A stretch of 64,000 nucleotides of DNA from a virus. Lineage: Duplodnaviria; Caudoviricetes. Below the pieces are notes generated by a model, which had not been told where the DNA came from, did no database searches, and saw only the letters and a program-made list of their open reading frames with translations. Below are positions 8,742 through 18,216 of the stretch, piece after piece; positions within the stretch are counted from its first letter, which is position 1; every line of letters begins with the position of its first letter. The stretch covers positions 64,001 through 128,000 of IMG/VR virus record IMGVR_UViG_3300029288_000067. One strand, written 5' to 3'. A program made the position numbers and the translations under genes.

Positions 8742-9656
8742 TTAAAATTCCACACCGGTTCCAACATCGATAACAACCAGACCGCTATCCCGCCACATTC
8801 GCACAACACTAGGTCGATCATCCACAACAAACACAATCCTCTTCGGATCGAGATATTTGTCGAGAATTTCTTTCTTCACAAAATGGTCGGGCCGGAAATC
8901 TCCGGAACCTCGCATCAAAAGCTCAAAATTTTCAAACCCTTGTTGTTTCAACCAATGTTCTGTTTCAAACCTCTGATCTTCGGAACGAGCAGAAACAAAC
9001 ACTACCTTCAAGCCGGTTTTGAGATGACCTTTGAGAAGTTCTTTCACATCTTCTCTTACAGGATCATTTGGGATACCCAAGAAAAATTGTTTCCAATTTT
9101 TAGGCTTTTCTGCAACAAAATGCTGCCGATGTGTGCAATCCGCAATTGTCCCGTCCAAATCACAAAGAAAGTATCTTTCGAGAGAGATCCTGTGATTCTT
9201 TGTTGAAATGTAGTCTTCTCTGTTTTTGAATTCAATACCATATCGCTCTGCCATCTGTAGGATTACAACAGAACCTACCCGGGGATGCCGATAATAATCC
9301 CGAAGAAGACACTCTCCTACAGGAGTATCCACGGCTTGTATCCGGGCAAAGGTATTCATTTTACCGGCAAACTGTTTCCAATCCAAAACAGTCTGGGTTT
9401 TGAGATTGGTATCATCAACGATTACCGATTTACCCATCTTCAAGGCTTCCTCGGCAATCAAGAATTCCGCTTGTGTTACCAGCTTTTCCAAAGCACGATC
9501 AAAACGACCGGTTCCTTTCACATTCCCATAAATCATTTCCCGGAGAGAATCCCGAGAAACAATAATGGAATTTTCATCGAGGAGCTTTTTTGCTTCGAAA
9601 GATTTCCCGCTCCCCGGCAATCCCTGCATCAAAACAATCGAAGGAAATTTATTCAT
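8742..9656 (-). CDS. pseT: polynucleotide 5'-kinase/3'-phosphatase (T4 PseT/Pnk-like)
   Basis: P-loop GLPGSGKS, SRDSLR, DDTN; HAD domain DLDGT, SAR, K, DDR. Confidence 0.9.
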   Translation of the reverse strand: MNKFPSIVLMQGLPGSGKSFEAKKLLDENSIIVSRDSLREMIYGNVKGTGRFDRALEKLVTQAEFLIAEEALKMGKSVIVDDTNLKTQTVLDWKQFAGKMNTFARIQAVDTPVGECLLRDYYRHPRVGSVVILQMAERYGIEFKNREDYISTKNHRISLERYFLCDLDGTIADCTHRQHFVAEKPKNWKQFFLGIPNDPVREDVKELLKGHLKTGLKVVFVSARSEDQRFETEHWLKQQGFENFELLMRGSGDFRPDHFVKKEILDKYLDPKRIVFVVDDRPSVVRMWRDSGLVVIDVGTGVEF

Positions 9657-10108
9657 TTGCTTTCCCTTTCGGACATCCAGAATGAAAGAAGTTTCTCCGC
9701 GTCTTTCCGTTCAATTCCGAGACCATTAAGGGCAATTAAAGTTGCCAGCGGTGTTTCTTTTCCGGCCTGAAAAGCCATTCCAACTCTTGAAACCCCGGGG
9801 ATATTTTCAACTTTCAGAACAAGCTCTTTTGCAAGCCGATCCTTTTTTTCCTTAGCAGTTTCAAGACGAGAACTCCCAATAAAATTCTTAACCATCACCG
9901 GTTGATCCTTTTTCAATTTTGCAAGACTCTTTTCACCCCAGTACGTGGGGGGATTCCCATTACAAGAAGCCATTGCCCCCCGACGTTCCGGGAGAAGCTC
10001 AACAATTTTTACCGCATACACAATCACAGTTTTTACAAGGGTATTGCCCATACGGGTTTTAAAAGTCTGATACAGAACCATCCCATTTTGCAATTTTTCG
10101 TATTTCAT
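9653..10108 (-). CDS. hypothetical protein
   Basis: GGAGG SD after the promoter at 10138. Confidence 0.7.
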   Translation of the reverse strand: MKYEKLQNGMVLYQTFKTRMGNTLVKTVIVYAVKIVELLPERRGAMASCNGNPPTYWGEKSLAKLKKDQPVMVKNFIGSSRLETAKEKKDRLAKELVLKVENIPGVSRVGMAFQAGKETPLATLIALNGLGIERKDAEKLLSFWMSERESK

Positions 10109-10137
10109 ATTTCCTCCGGTTTTTTCTCGATAGTGGT

Positions 10138-10166
10138 ATATTACCCGGAGCCCCCTATTTATTCAA
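10138..10166 (-). promoter_or_regulatory. repeated early promoter TTGAAT-N17-TAATAT
   Basis: Motif match. Confidence 0.8.
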
Positions 10167-10170
10167 GCCA

Positions 10171-10704
10171 TTATCGATGTTTTTCAATCAGTCTTTCACG
10201 AAACCTTTGATAAAGTCTCGGAGGAGATTCCCAAACATCATTTTGTATCACCATAGGGCTCTTTGTATTCTCTACAACCCAATTTTGAAAACTCCCCGGG
10301 GTGTGATCGTTCATAATCTGCCGGATTAACCCAACAAAAGCTTTCAAGCCTTTCTCGGTATCAATATGGTATAGAGAAACCCCCATAGGGTTTGTTACAT
10401 TCTGCCCTCCGGCAAACCCATCTACCCTTACCTCAGATCCCCAAACACTGTTGAAGTCTTTTGCATACTGATAAGGAATTCCCCCATTCGTCGTGGATGC
10501 TACCCAATAGTACCAATTTCGGGTAAAAGACCAAAATTGTAATGCCCCTTGAATGCAATAGGGTACTTCCCCTTCATCAACAAAGGGGAACTGGAAGGGG
10601 ACAACCCCAGCGTCCCGCAATTCCTGCAAAATGGTAGCATTTACCTCTGTAAATTCTTCCGGGTGTTGTATCATCGTGGTATGGTGTTTTGCTAAATTTT
10701 TCAT
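10171..10704 (-). CDS. hypothetical phage protein
   Basis: WSFTRNWYYWVA...VRVDG...YHIDT.KGL; AAGGA SD. Confidence 0.7.
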   Translation of the reverse strand: MKNLAKHHTTMIQHPEEFTEVNATILQELRDAGVVPFQFPFVDEGEVPYCIQGALQFWSFTRNWYYWVASTTNGGIPYQYAKDFNSVWGSEVRVDGFAGGQNVTNPMGVSLYHIDTEKGLKAFVGLIRQIMNDHTPGSFQNWVVENTKSPMVIQNDVWESPPRLYQRFRERLIEKHR

Positions 10705-10713
10705 ATATTTCCT

Positions 10714-10965
10714 TTATTCTGGTAATCTTTCACATCTCCAACATTCCACAAAGGACCCATCCATCAAAACAAAACACAATCGATCTTTACCTCCCAGGTT
10801 TTGTTTCTGTATCGACACAGGAAATTCAATTTTTTCCTTCGATTTGAAAGGCTTCCCACTCTTCTTGATAATGGGCTGATTCAGAAATGATACAAAATCT
10901 TGTTCAGTTTCTGTGCTTTTCCACATATACCTTTGCCCTTTCATTTCCCGAGAATTCCCACCCAT
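10714..10965 (-). CDS. hypothetical protein
   Basis: AAGGAG SD. Confidence 0.55.
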   Translation of the reverse strand: MGGNSREMKGQRYMWKSTETEQDFVSFLNQPIIKKSGKPFKSKEKIEFPVSIQKQNLGGKDRLCFVLMDGSFVECWRCERLPE

Positions 10966-10970
10966 GATAC

Positions 10971-11093
10971 TCAACTCCTTCGAATAAAAATCTTATATTT
11001 ACGCCTCATCAGAAGAAAGAACAAGAGATTCACCCCAAAGACGTGATAAAATGGTTTCTTGTGGTTTTTGTATACAACTTGTTCTATGGGCAT
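10971..11093 (-). CDS. small protein (40 aa, not in ORF track)
   Basis: AAGGAG SD just after the promoter at 11123; MPIEQVVYKNHKKPF... Confidence 0.45.
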   Translation of the reverse strand: MPIEQVVYKNHKKPFYHVFGVNLLFFLLMRRKYKIFIRRS

Positions 11094-11122
11094 ACTCAAC
11101 TCCTTTTTGTAGTCTCCCCAGT

Positions 11123-11151
11123 ATATTACCCGGAAACCGGCGAAACTTCAA
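11123..11151 (-). promoter_or_regulatory. repeated early promoter TTGAAG-N17-TAATAT
   Basis: Motif match. Confidence 0.85.
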
Positions 11152-11153
11152 AA

Positions 11154-12248
11154 TCACTTAACCCAATCGTACAAACGGTCCAAGTTCATTTCCTGCAGAC
11201 CCTGCTTCACAGTTTTTACCAAACCTTTTCGAAGAGAGAAAAGAACACCGGAGAAAGGAAACTTCACTGCTTCCAGTGCAAAATCTTTCTGCCCGGAAAT
11301 ATCCTTGATCTTTTCATACTCTGCTTCAATCTTCTTTACAAGGGCAATGAAGCTTTGCGAGATTCTTTCAAATTCTGCACGGTATTCCGGGAAGTATGTC
11401 AAAAATTCAGTGCTTTCATTTGTTCGAATAATCTCTACCAATTTTTTAGCAGATATCCCCTCTTTGATGTGGTGAAGAGCTACGTACTGTGGATTCTTGA
11501 TCTTCACCCGCCCGAAACTTCCATTCCATTTCGTGAGATCCCGAACAACATACCCTTCCCCATTGTCGATTGCATTCAAATCCTTCGCCATTTCTGCAAC
11601 CTCTTCAAGAGATTGCATAGGATAAGATTTAACACAATCCCACTTGTTTTCTTTTGCAATACGTTCCGGTTCTTGCTCTTCCAATGTTTCCACATCCCGG
11701 GCAGAATGAAGAGCAATACGAGGTTTAGGATACACGCAAACAACTCGATTATACTGTGTAACCATTTCGAACCCATAGCAGAGTTTTTCATTTACCGGAA
11801 GAGAATACCCCAGTTGCTTCCACACGTCCCAGAACAGATCCGCGAAGGTTCCTGCATAGAATCCCCCGGAAATTTCTCCGGAAGCATCTGGTAACCCCGA
11901 GGAGGAAACCAACCACTCTCCATTGTAGAAAAAAACCTGCATAAGGCTTCCGTCAAGCTTCTCATATGCTTTTGCAGTGGACAAGTCTATTTTGTCTGCA
12001 TGTCCCTCCCCGTGGTTGAAGAATTTACGCATCGTATAACAAACAACAGCCCAATTGTTTGTCGAGTCGAGAATAATCCCCCGGGCTTCTTGCACAATTC
12101 TTTCCCCCATAGGAGAATCAATTTGATTGTACTTGAACAGTAGCAGGTTGGGGTATTTCCCGTGGGGTTTTACGGCAATAGCATACTTTTCGGTAAGCTC
12201 TGCGGGGGTTCCACCATTCCGAAGATATTTTTGAATTTCAAGTTCCAT
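11154..12248 (-). CDS. rnlA: T4 Rnl1-like RNA ligase
   Basis: FKYNQ, EARGII, KFFN, motif I EKLDGS, EGYVV, RVKIKNPQY. Confidence 0.85.
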   Translation of the reverse strand: MELEIQKYLRNGGTPAELTEKYAIAVKPHGKYPNLLLFKYNQIDSPMGERIVQEARGIILDSTNNWAVVCYTMRKFFNHGEGHADKIDLSTAKAYEKLDGSLMQVFFYNGEWLVSSSGLPDASGEISGGFYAGTFADLFWDVWKQLGYSLPVNEKLCYGFEMVTQYNRVVCVYPKPRIALHSARDVETLEEQEPERIAKENKWDCVKSYPMQSLEEVAEMAKDLNAIDNGEGYVVRDLTKWNGSFGRVKIKNPQYVALHHIKEGISAKKLVEIIRTNESTEFLTYFPEYRAEFERISQSFIALVKKIEAEYEKIKDISGQKDFALEAVKFPFSGVLFSLRKGLVKTVKQGLQEMNLDRLYDWVK

Positions 12249-12275
12249 ATGCTTCCTTTATCTTTGTGTTTTTAC

Positions 12276-12542
12276 TCAGTATCCAGCACAGGAGACAAGC
12301 ACGGTAATCTCTCTCCCAAAATAATCAATTACAACATCCTGCACCATAAAGGCATGTTTTGCATACTCCACTGCGTCTTTTTCCATTTGATGGTAGGGTC
12401 TTGCGCGAAGGTAAATAAGCTGCCCTTTTTGGGGCAAGGGAACTCCTCTTTCTTCATCTTCCCCGGGGAAATCCGCAAATTCACAACTAACTGCTGAAGA
12501 ACGGTGGGACACAAATTGAACATCAAATCCAAAATGTTTCAT
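12276..12542 (-). CDS. hypothetical protein
   Basis: AGGAG SD after the promoter at 12583; PLPQKG motif like 13978..14298. Confidence 0.65.
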   Translation of the reverse strand: MKHFGFDVQFVSHRSSAVSCEFADFPGEDEERGVPLPQKGQLIYLRARPYHQMEKDAVEYAKHAFMVQDVVIDYFGREITVLVSCAGY

Positions 12543-12582
12543 TTGCTTACTCCTAGAAACTATATTTGTATTCCTCGAAAAT

Positions 12583-12611
12583 ATATTACCCGAGCCCCAA
12601 CAAAACTTCAA
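12583..12611 (-). promoter_or_regulatory. repeated early promoter TTGAAG-N17-TAATAT
   Basis: Motif match. Confidence 0.85.
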
Positions 12612-12612
12612 A

Positions 12613-12816
12613 TTATTGCCCAACTTTTCCCACATTTTTGTATTTTACAGAATAGGCTCCGGCAGTATTTTGCAATCCTACAATATTTTCCGGCGGGGTA
12701 TTGGTATACACAATAATTGATTCATTGGTAGTTCCGATACCAACAAACCAATTCATGCCAGAGTATTTCTTTACCAAAATTTCAATTTCCTTATCCATTG
12801 ATTTTTGTAGAGTCAT
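12613..12816 (-). CDS. hypothetical protein
   Basis: AGGAGG SD. Confidence 0.6.
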   Translation of the reverse strand: MTLQKSMDKEIEILVKKYSGMNWFVGIGTTNESIIVYTNTPPENIVGLQNTAGAYSVKYKNVGKVGQ

Positions 12817-12825
12817 AATGACCTC

Positions 12826-13530
12826 CTACCAATAATGGAGAATCTTTCGAACAGCCCGCAATAGGACTGCCTGCAACCAACCACCCCAGCCTTCTTTTTC
12901 GAGTATTTGGACTTCTTTTCGAAATTCATTTCTTTTTTGCCGGGAGGGGGATTCCTTTTTCTTCTTGCACAGAATCTCTGGGGGAACATCTTCCGTTATT
13001 TTATTCTGCTTCTCTTCTGGATCTCCCGCGATTTTTACAGTGTAAGCAAATATGTCTTCCAGGATAATCTTTGGTTTTGTTGTATATACAGGGGTATATC
13101 CATCCACCCCACACCAAATGTGCGTTATTACCGGGGCAAGATCATAATGTTTCATTATTTCAATTAAATCGTGCATTATGCAAGACATTTTCTCTGTCCC
13201 ACCCGAGGTATTGACAAGAATTTCTTCAATAGTATTCCCGGATTTAGCACACTTTTTGAGAATAATCCGGACCTGTTTGAACAATTTTCGAAGAGTTGAA
13301 AGATAATCATCTGTGCCGTGAAAGGGGTTAGATATTGTGACAAGACTTGTATTGGGCTTCAATTGCAATGAAATTTCGTCTACAATATTTTCCCCACAAA
13401 ATACAATTGCTTCCTTGAAGCAGAATGTTTCTTCAGCATGTTGAAGAAAATTATGTCTTTTCGATGCTGTAATGCCCGTAGAAACAATGTAAAGTATTTC
13501 GGTTTGCATACTTTTCCTTTCTTTACTCAT
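12826..13530 (-). CDS. stand-alone CARF-like domain protein
   Basis: Strand 1 ILYIVSTG and ILVNTSGGTEKM, resembling CARF motif [DN]x[ST]GGxK. Confidence 0.55.
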   Translation of the reverse strand: MSKERKSMQTEILYIVSTGITASKRHNFLQHAEETFCFKEAIVFCGENIVDEISLQLKPNTSLVTISNPFHGTDDYLSTLRKLFKQVRIILKKCAKSGNTIEEILVNTSGGTEKMSCIMHDLIEIMKHYDLAPVITHIWCGVDGYTPVYTTKPKIILEDIFAYTVKIAGDPEEKQNKITEDVPPEILCKKKKESPSRQKRNEFRKEVQILEKEGWGGWLQAVLLRAVRKILHYW

Positions 13531-13548
13531 GGAGTCCTGAGAAAAGAT

Positions 13549-13839
13549 TCACTGGGGCTTAAGTTTTTTGAGATAGGCTTCCAGCTTTGCCCGGAATTTT
13601 TTGAGGGCGGCATATGTTGGTAGACTCACTTCAACATATGGGTTGGGTTGGGGTCCACGGTGAAACATTGTCTCAGTGTTTACTCCCCCTTTTTTCAAAA
13701 TCCAGTCTTCTATAATATTACAATCTTCATACTCAACCCCACCATCTACCATATGCTTTCTAACATACATAAATTGAGGGTCAAGGACCCATGAGGGGAG
13801 AAACAACTTCATTGTCATCCCTGCGTTTTGTGTCAACAT
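13549..13839 (-). CDS. hypothetical protein
   Basis: First ORF after the promoter at 13873. Confidence 0.6.
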   Translation of the reverse strand: MLTQNAGMTMKLFLPSWVLDPQFMYVRKHMVDGGVEYEDCNIIEDWILKKGGVNTETMFHRGPQPNPYVEVSLPTYAALKKFRAKLEAYLKKLKPQ

Positions 13840-13872
13840 TTTTGTATTTGCCCTTTATGTCTGTATGTTGGT

Positions 13873-13901
13873 ATATTACCACAACGGCAATAAAACTTCA
13901 A
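13873..13901 (-). promoter_or_regulatory. repeated early promoter TTGAAG-N17-TAATAT
   Basis: Motif match. Confidence 0.85.
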
Positions 13902-13906
13902 AAAAG

Positions 13907-13932
13907 AACCCCGGGAAAGGAGACCCGGGGTT
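13907..13932 (-). terminator. intrinsic terminator
   Basis: AACCCCGGG...CCCGGGGTT followed by CTTTTTT running into the -35 box. Confidence 0.75.
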
Positions 13933-13977
13933 AAAGGAGTGATTGTTTATGAGAGATTCGAGAGAACCAAAAGGAAG

Positions 13978-14298
13978 TTACTTCAATACAATATACACCT
14001 TCTGCACGTCGGAATGCAAGAGGGGAAGTGAATGCAAAATATTAATTACCGTGTAGGCATCTTTTTCTCCAACAAGAATCTGTTCTCCAATTTTTGGAAG
14101 AAAGGCCAGATGGTTCTTATATGGGGTCATCTCTTTTACAGATGCAATCTTGGTTTTATTCACAGACAAAGGTTTGAAAGTCTCATCCACAAAATAAATT
14201 TTGGAAATTTTTTGCATTGCTTGAAAGGATTCCTTTGTGGAATTGGAATAATCTGGGAATGATTTCAGGGGCTCCATAGGTCTAATTTCTTTTTTCAT
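13978..14298 (-). CDS. hypothetical protein
   Basis: ATGA overlap with the upstream gene. Confidence 0.6.
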   Translation of the reverse strand: MKKEIRPMEPLKSFPDYSNSTKESFQAMQKISKIYFVDETFKPLSVNKTKIASVKEMTPYKNHLAFLPKIGEQILVGEKDAYTVINILHSLPLLHSDVQKVYIVLK

Positions 14299-14660
14299 TC
14301 AATTATCCCCAATAAGAATAATTTGTATTCCATAAAACCATTTACTTCCACTTTACCTAAATCAGATGACGCTGTAAGGATTGCATTCTCGTGCTCGATA
14401 AAGCCTAATTCATCTACGTCCTTGGATTCTTTTCCGAGGGCAAGATAAAACACCATATCGTAACTGTCCGGAACAAGCCCCTCTTTTTGTGCTTCTTTTT
14501 TTATTTCGGAAGTCAAAGAAGGGAGGGAGGATTTTATCAAATCTTTGGGGGTTTCGAAATCCCCCGTTTTTTCATCCTCGGCAATATTGTACACCACAAG
14601 AGATTTGGTTTCTTTTAAAACCTCAAAATCTGGGGATTCCAGTTTTATTACTACAGCCAT
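14295..14660 (-). CDS. hypothetical acidic protein
   Basis: AAGGA SD; in operon. Confidence 0.65.
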   Translation of the reverse strand: MAVVIKLESPDFEVLKETKSLVVYNIAEDEKTGDFETPKDLIKSSLPSLTSEIKKEAQKEGLVPDSYDMVFYLALGKESKDVDELGFIEHENAILTASSDLGKVEVNGFMEYKLFLLGIIE

Positions 14661-14662
14661 AT

Positions 14663-14860
14663 TTATTCCTTTGGATTTTTCAATTCCCCAATTTTCTTAG
14701 AAAGAGTTGTGAATTCCTGTTCAATTTCTGTTTCTTGTGGAAATAATTCCATGAAAGATTCCCGGCAATTTTTCAAATCCTTCACAAACTTCTCAAGCAT
14801 GGATTCCCGGAAAGATTTTACAATTGCTTTTTTGCAATGCAGATAGTGTTTGTCTTCCAT
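14663..14860 (-). CDS. hypothetical protein
   Basis: Coupled to the upstream stop. Confidence 0.55.
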   Translation of the reverse strand: MEDKHYLHCKKAIVKSFRESMLEKFVKDLKNCRESFMELFPQETEIEQEFTTLSKKIGELKNPKE

Positions 14861-14861
14861 A

Positions 14862-15239
14862 TTACTTCCCCGCGAGGTAATCAATATCTTCTTTTGTTTC
14901 AGAAGCTTTCTTGCTGAAATCATTCTTTTTCAAATCTTCCACATTTTTACTGGGTTCCGGGTTTTTCTTTTTTCCGCCCATCATAGGATCAAAGGTGGTA
15001 GCAAGGTAGGCTTCATCTTCTTTATCTTCAACTCCCTCGGGCATTTCAGAACCAATAGCAGGAATCTTTCCCATACCCGAACCAGAGGGGGTTGGAGATT
15101 TTACTTCAGAAGGATTCTTTGTATTGATATCTTTCACAAACTTATCAATTTCCTCCGGTTTATATCCTTCTTCTAACAATTGAATGTAATTGTCTTTAAG
15201 ATCCGCAGCCAATTTTGCGGCACGGTACGTTTTCAACAT
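14862..15239 (-). CDS. hypothetical protein (possible virion protein)
   Basis: AAAGGA SD before MLKTYRAAKLAA. Confidence 0.65.
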   Translation of the reverse strand: MLKTYRAAKLAADLKDNYIQLLEEGYKPEEIDKFVKDINTKNPSEVKSPTPSGSGMGKIPAIGSEMPEGVEDKEDEAYLATTFDPMMGGKKKNPEPSKNVEDLKKNDFSKKASETKEDIDYLAGK

Positions 15240-15287
15240 ATAATATCCTTTCAGAGTAATTTCATTATTGCACAAATAATGCTGAGA

Positions 15288-15842
15288 TTATTTATACGGG
15301 TCAAGTAAATCTACAAGATCTGAGTGCTTATCCCGGATGTATCTGCGAAAATGAACGTCATAGACATGCTTTGAAATCCCGGCTGAGAGGGGGTAAAACA
15401 ATGGTCTTGCCGGTTGATTATGAGATGGGACACCCTTTTCCAACCATTTTACAATATCCTCGATAGGAGCCCCGGTTTCCGGGTGGATAATGCCGTGCTT
15501 AAATCCAATGGCATAATTATTGGTCTGAATTTTCCAAATCTCAATATGATTTTGGAGAAATCCGGTCATTTGCCAGAATCCATGTCTCCAACCTTTTCTC
15601 AACTTTCTTCGAGCATACGCAGGAGAGAGGGGGGCATATCTTACTGGGAATTTTTGCATTTTTATGGCGTTCAAAACAAGAGATTTCAAGAAATTCAGGA
15701 GGTACAAAGCAAACCCTTCTGTTACCTCTCGGACCCTATTAGAGTCCAATTCTCGCAGAAGGGTTTGTGCCCGAGAGTTTTTTGACAAAGGTTCCCACGT
15801 ATACAAATCCACAACCTCTATCAAAATAATTCCCGAGGGCAT
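15288..15842 (-). CDS. putative neck/tail-completion (virion morphogenesis) protein
   Basis: YAPLSPAYARRK...TGFL...WLEKG...PARPLF pattern of HK97 gp10/Mu gpG-like proteins. Confidence 0.65.
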   Translation of the reverse strand: MPSGIILIEVVDLYTWEPLSKNSRAQTLLRELDSNRVREVTEGFALYLLNFLKSLVLNAIKMQKFPVRYAPLSPAYARRKLRKGWRHGFWQMTGFLQNHIEIWKIQTNNYAIGFKHGIIHPETGAPIEDIVKWLEKGVPSHNQPARPLFYPLSAGISKHVYDVHFRRYIRDKHSDLVDLLDPYK

Positions 15843-15847
15843 TTATT

Positions 15848-16768
15848 TTACACCTTATTCTTAAATTCTTCTTCCAGATCCGAGTACATCATTGTGGCTA
15901 AATCCCCCTCTGATTCCAACTTGGAGTTTGGCCCAGGATGATAATCTGATGTGGACAGAATACTATACAACTCAGAGCTTTGTCCAGAGTGATAATCTGT
16001 AGCAAAATAATAAATAGCTACTTCCGCATCATCTTTCCAATCCCCAAATTTTTCATATTGGCTCTGCAAGAAAGACAACATTTGGTCCTTCAAAGAGGAT
16101 GATGGTTCTTCCTCTTCCACGGATTCATCCATTTCAGAATCATTTTCAGAAATCTCTTCAACCTTTACACATTTTACCATCTTATCTTGGGGGTGTTCAT
16201 CTGTATCCCCGAAGTTGAAAGATTGTCCCTCGAAATATTTCTTTGCTTCTTCCAAAGTACCATTAAATCCTGTAGTAATGGTGTTTCCATCTTCATAGGT
16301 ACATTTTACCGTAATTCTATTTACTGCAATTTTCTGCAATGGCTTATCATTTGCCCAAACAGCATCATTTTCTGGATCGATCCCCAAAGCTTTCAATCCC
16401 TTTTTCTGCAAAATCTTACCCGTATTGGGCTCATCTCTCTTGCAGTCTTTTGCATCTTCCACGAATTCCCATCCGGAGTGAATTCTTGTATTGTCAGCAT
16501 TCAAAACATAAAACTTGTAATCGGGGTTGTTAATTTTTGAGAAAAAGGTTCTTCCCGCCAGATATGTTACCGCTTCCTTCAGATCTTTCCCAATCAACTT
16601 TGCAGAAGTTTTTGTGATATGATGCTGTTGTTCTGGGGTAAGTGCCTGAATCTCTGTGGGGACCGTGGTATAGGCTTCTTTGCTTTCTTTCGAAGGATCA
16701 AATTCCGGTTCAGGAACTGCAGGATTAAAATCCTTTTTGTTTTTATCGGCAATGACCAATCTTTTCAT
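15848..16768 (-). CDS. multi-module hypothetical protein (possible internal virion protein)
   Basis: N-terminus MKRLVIAD; modules separated by KxxA-like linkers. Confidence 0.7.
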   Translation of the reverse strand: MKRLVIADKNKKDFNPAVPEPEFDPSKESKEAYTTVPTEIQALTPEQQHHITKTSAKLIGKDLKEAVTYLAGRTFFSKINNPDYKFYVLNADNTRIHSGWEFVEDAKDCKRDEPNTGKILQKKGLKALGIDPENDAVWANDKPLQKIAVNRITVKCTYEDGNTITTGFNGTLEEAKKYFEGQSFNFGDTDEHPQDKMVKCVKVEEISENDSEMDESVEEEEPSSSLKDQMLSFLQSQYEKFGDWKDDAEVAIYYFATDYHSGQSSELYSILSTSDYHPGPNSKLESEGDLATMMYSDLEEEFKNKV

Positions 16769-16790
16769 TTTTAGACCTCTTTTATGTGAT

Positions 16791-16820
16791 AAAGGGAGGA
16801 GGATTTCTCCCCCTCCCTTT
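16791..16820 (-). terminator. intrinsic terminator/hairpin
   Basis: AAAGGGAGG...CCTCCCTTT. Confidence 0.6.
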
Positions 16821-16837
16821 TATTTAATGTTCAGAAC

Positions 16838-17089
16838 TTAAGAAGCAGAAATTGCACTTCCAATAGGACCAGCAACTAACCATGCAGATCCGGTAGAAAT
16901 TGCCAAACAAGGAATTCCTCCGGCCCCATTACTTACATAAATCAAAGCCCCGGGCATAGAAGCTGCCGCAGGAACTGTTGCAACAGTGTAAGAGGGGAGA
17001 GTTACGGCCCCGGCCAAAGGCCCCACAAAAGCCTTAGAAGAGACTTTCTTTACCTTCAAATTACCTTTTGCATCCAAAAATACTGCCAT
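16838..17089 (-). CDS. small structural/decoration or fibre-like protein
   Basis: LPSYTVATVPAA...GALIYVSNG...LAISTGSAW, Ala/Gly-rich beta pattern of phage head appendages. Confidence 0.6.
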   Translation of the reverse strand: MAVFLDAKGNLKVKKVSSKAFVGPLAGAVTLPSYTVATVPAAASMPGALIYVSNGAGGIPCLAISTGSAWLVAGPIGSAISAS

Positions 17090-17229
17090 ACTGTTTTCCT
17101 TTCGTCTTTCGACTGGGAGATTCCACCAAAAATACTTTTGGCTATCCTATCGAAAGATATGAAAAGAATAACACTTTTAAACAGGTAGTAATTTCTTCCT
17201 GTTTGGAATTAACTTTTACGAGGGAAAAA

Positions 17230-17769
17230 ATGAAATATCTTTCTACGCTATATTGTGCAGACAACCCTGTGCCACCCAAAAAGCCAGATGTAAAAGACCC
17301 TACTAAAAATGAGGATAAGCCTTTACAAGAGGCATTAAATAGACACATGATTGAGCCCTTGAAATTAATTGGGGCTTTTCAAAAGAGATTTGTTACTTTC
17401 TTGTCAGGATTGTACTCTACCGGGATCCCTCAAGAAATAACGAATAAAATTCATACATCCGCTCTCAGTATAAATGACCAATTAAATTCGGTTATTACTG
17501 CAATGAAAGAATACAACCCCCAAAAAACTTCCAAGGTGTTGAATAATTTGTTTCGTAAAATAAAACAATCAAAACATATTGCTGCTGTTTCCCCAGAGCA
17601 TATTCAGGAAGTTAAATCTTGGCGAGATGCCCTTGTAACTATTTGGACCAAAACACTCTCTGCACGACAATATATCCCTCCTGAAAGATATGACCGGTTG
17701 AAAGCCAGTTTAACAAGATTGTTTGAGTTGACTGATAACTTGGGGATTCTTTTGCAATCGGTGAAATAA
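17230..17769 (+). CDS. hypothetical helical protein (rare plus-strand gene)
   Basis: GAGGG SD before MKYLSTLYCADNP. Confidence 0.65.
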   Translation: MKYLSTLYCADNPVPPKKPDVKDPTKNEDKPLQEALNRHMIEPLKLIGAFQKRFVTFLSGLYSTGIPQEITNKIHTSALSINDQLNSVITAMKEYNPQKTSKVLNNLFRKIKQSKHIAAVSPEHIQEVKSWRDALVTIWTKTLSARQYIPPERYDRLKASLTRLFELTDNLGILLQSVK

Positions 17770-17770
17770 C

Positions 17771-18163
17771 TTATAGGACATCACGAAGCAACACTTCCCC
17801 GGCATTGTAGACCAATTCATATTTCGCAAAACTCTTGAAAGCAAAATACTTTTCTTTCAAACTCTCCCCAATCCGGAGTATCTTCTCTTGTGTATCTTTG
17901 TCCAGTTTTGCGAAGGGGAGAATCTCATCCGGTTGAAATTCATAGGTGGGCATATTGATAAACAGATCCCACTCCTGTTGTGACTCCATCTGCCAGATTT
18001 GTTTCTGGAGCATATTTTCTGGGGGGGCTTCCAGATCTTCCCCCCGATTGTACATGTCCCAAGCCCTCTTCAAAATTTCGACACCATAAGGGGAGTCAAT
18101 GATATTCTTGAAAGATTCTCGGAGATTCATCCGGGGCACTTTTACAATGTAATCATTTTTCAT
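17771..18163 (-). CDS. hypothetical protein
   Basis: GAGGTG SD after the promoter at 18184. Confidence 0.7.
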   Translation of the reverse strand: MKNDYIVKVPRMNLRESFKNIIDSPYGVEILKRAWDMYNRGEDLEAPPENMLQKQIWQMESQQEWDLFINMPTYEFQPDEILPFAKLDKDTQEKILRIGESLKEKYFAFKSFAKYELVYNAGEVLLRDVL

Positions 18164-18183
18164 GTTTATCACCTCTTACTTAT

Positions 18184-18212
18184 ATATTACCCCGAGAGTG
18201 ACAAAACTTCAA
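18184..18212 (-). promoter_or_regulatory. repeated early promoter TTGAAG-N17-TAATAT
   Basis: Motif match. Confidence 0.85.
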
Positions 18213-18216
18213 ACTG

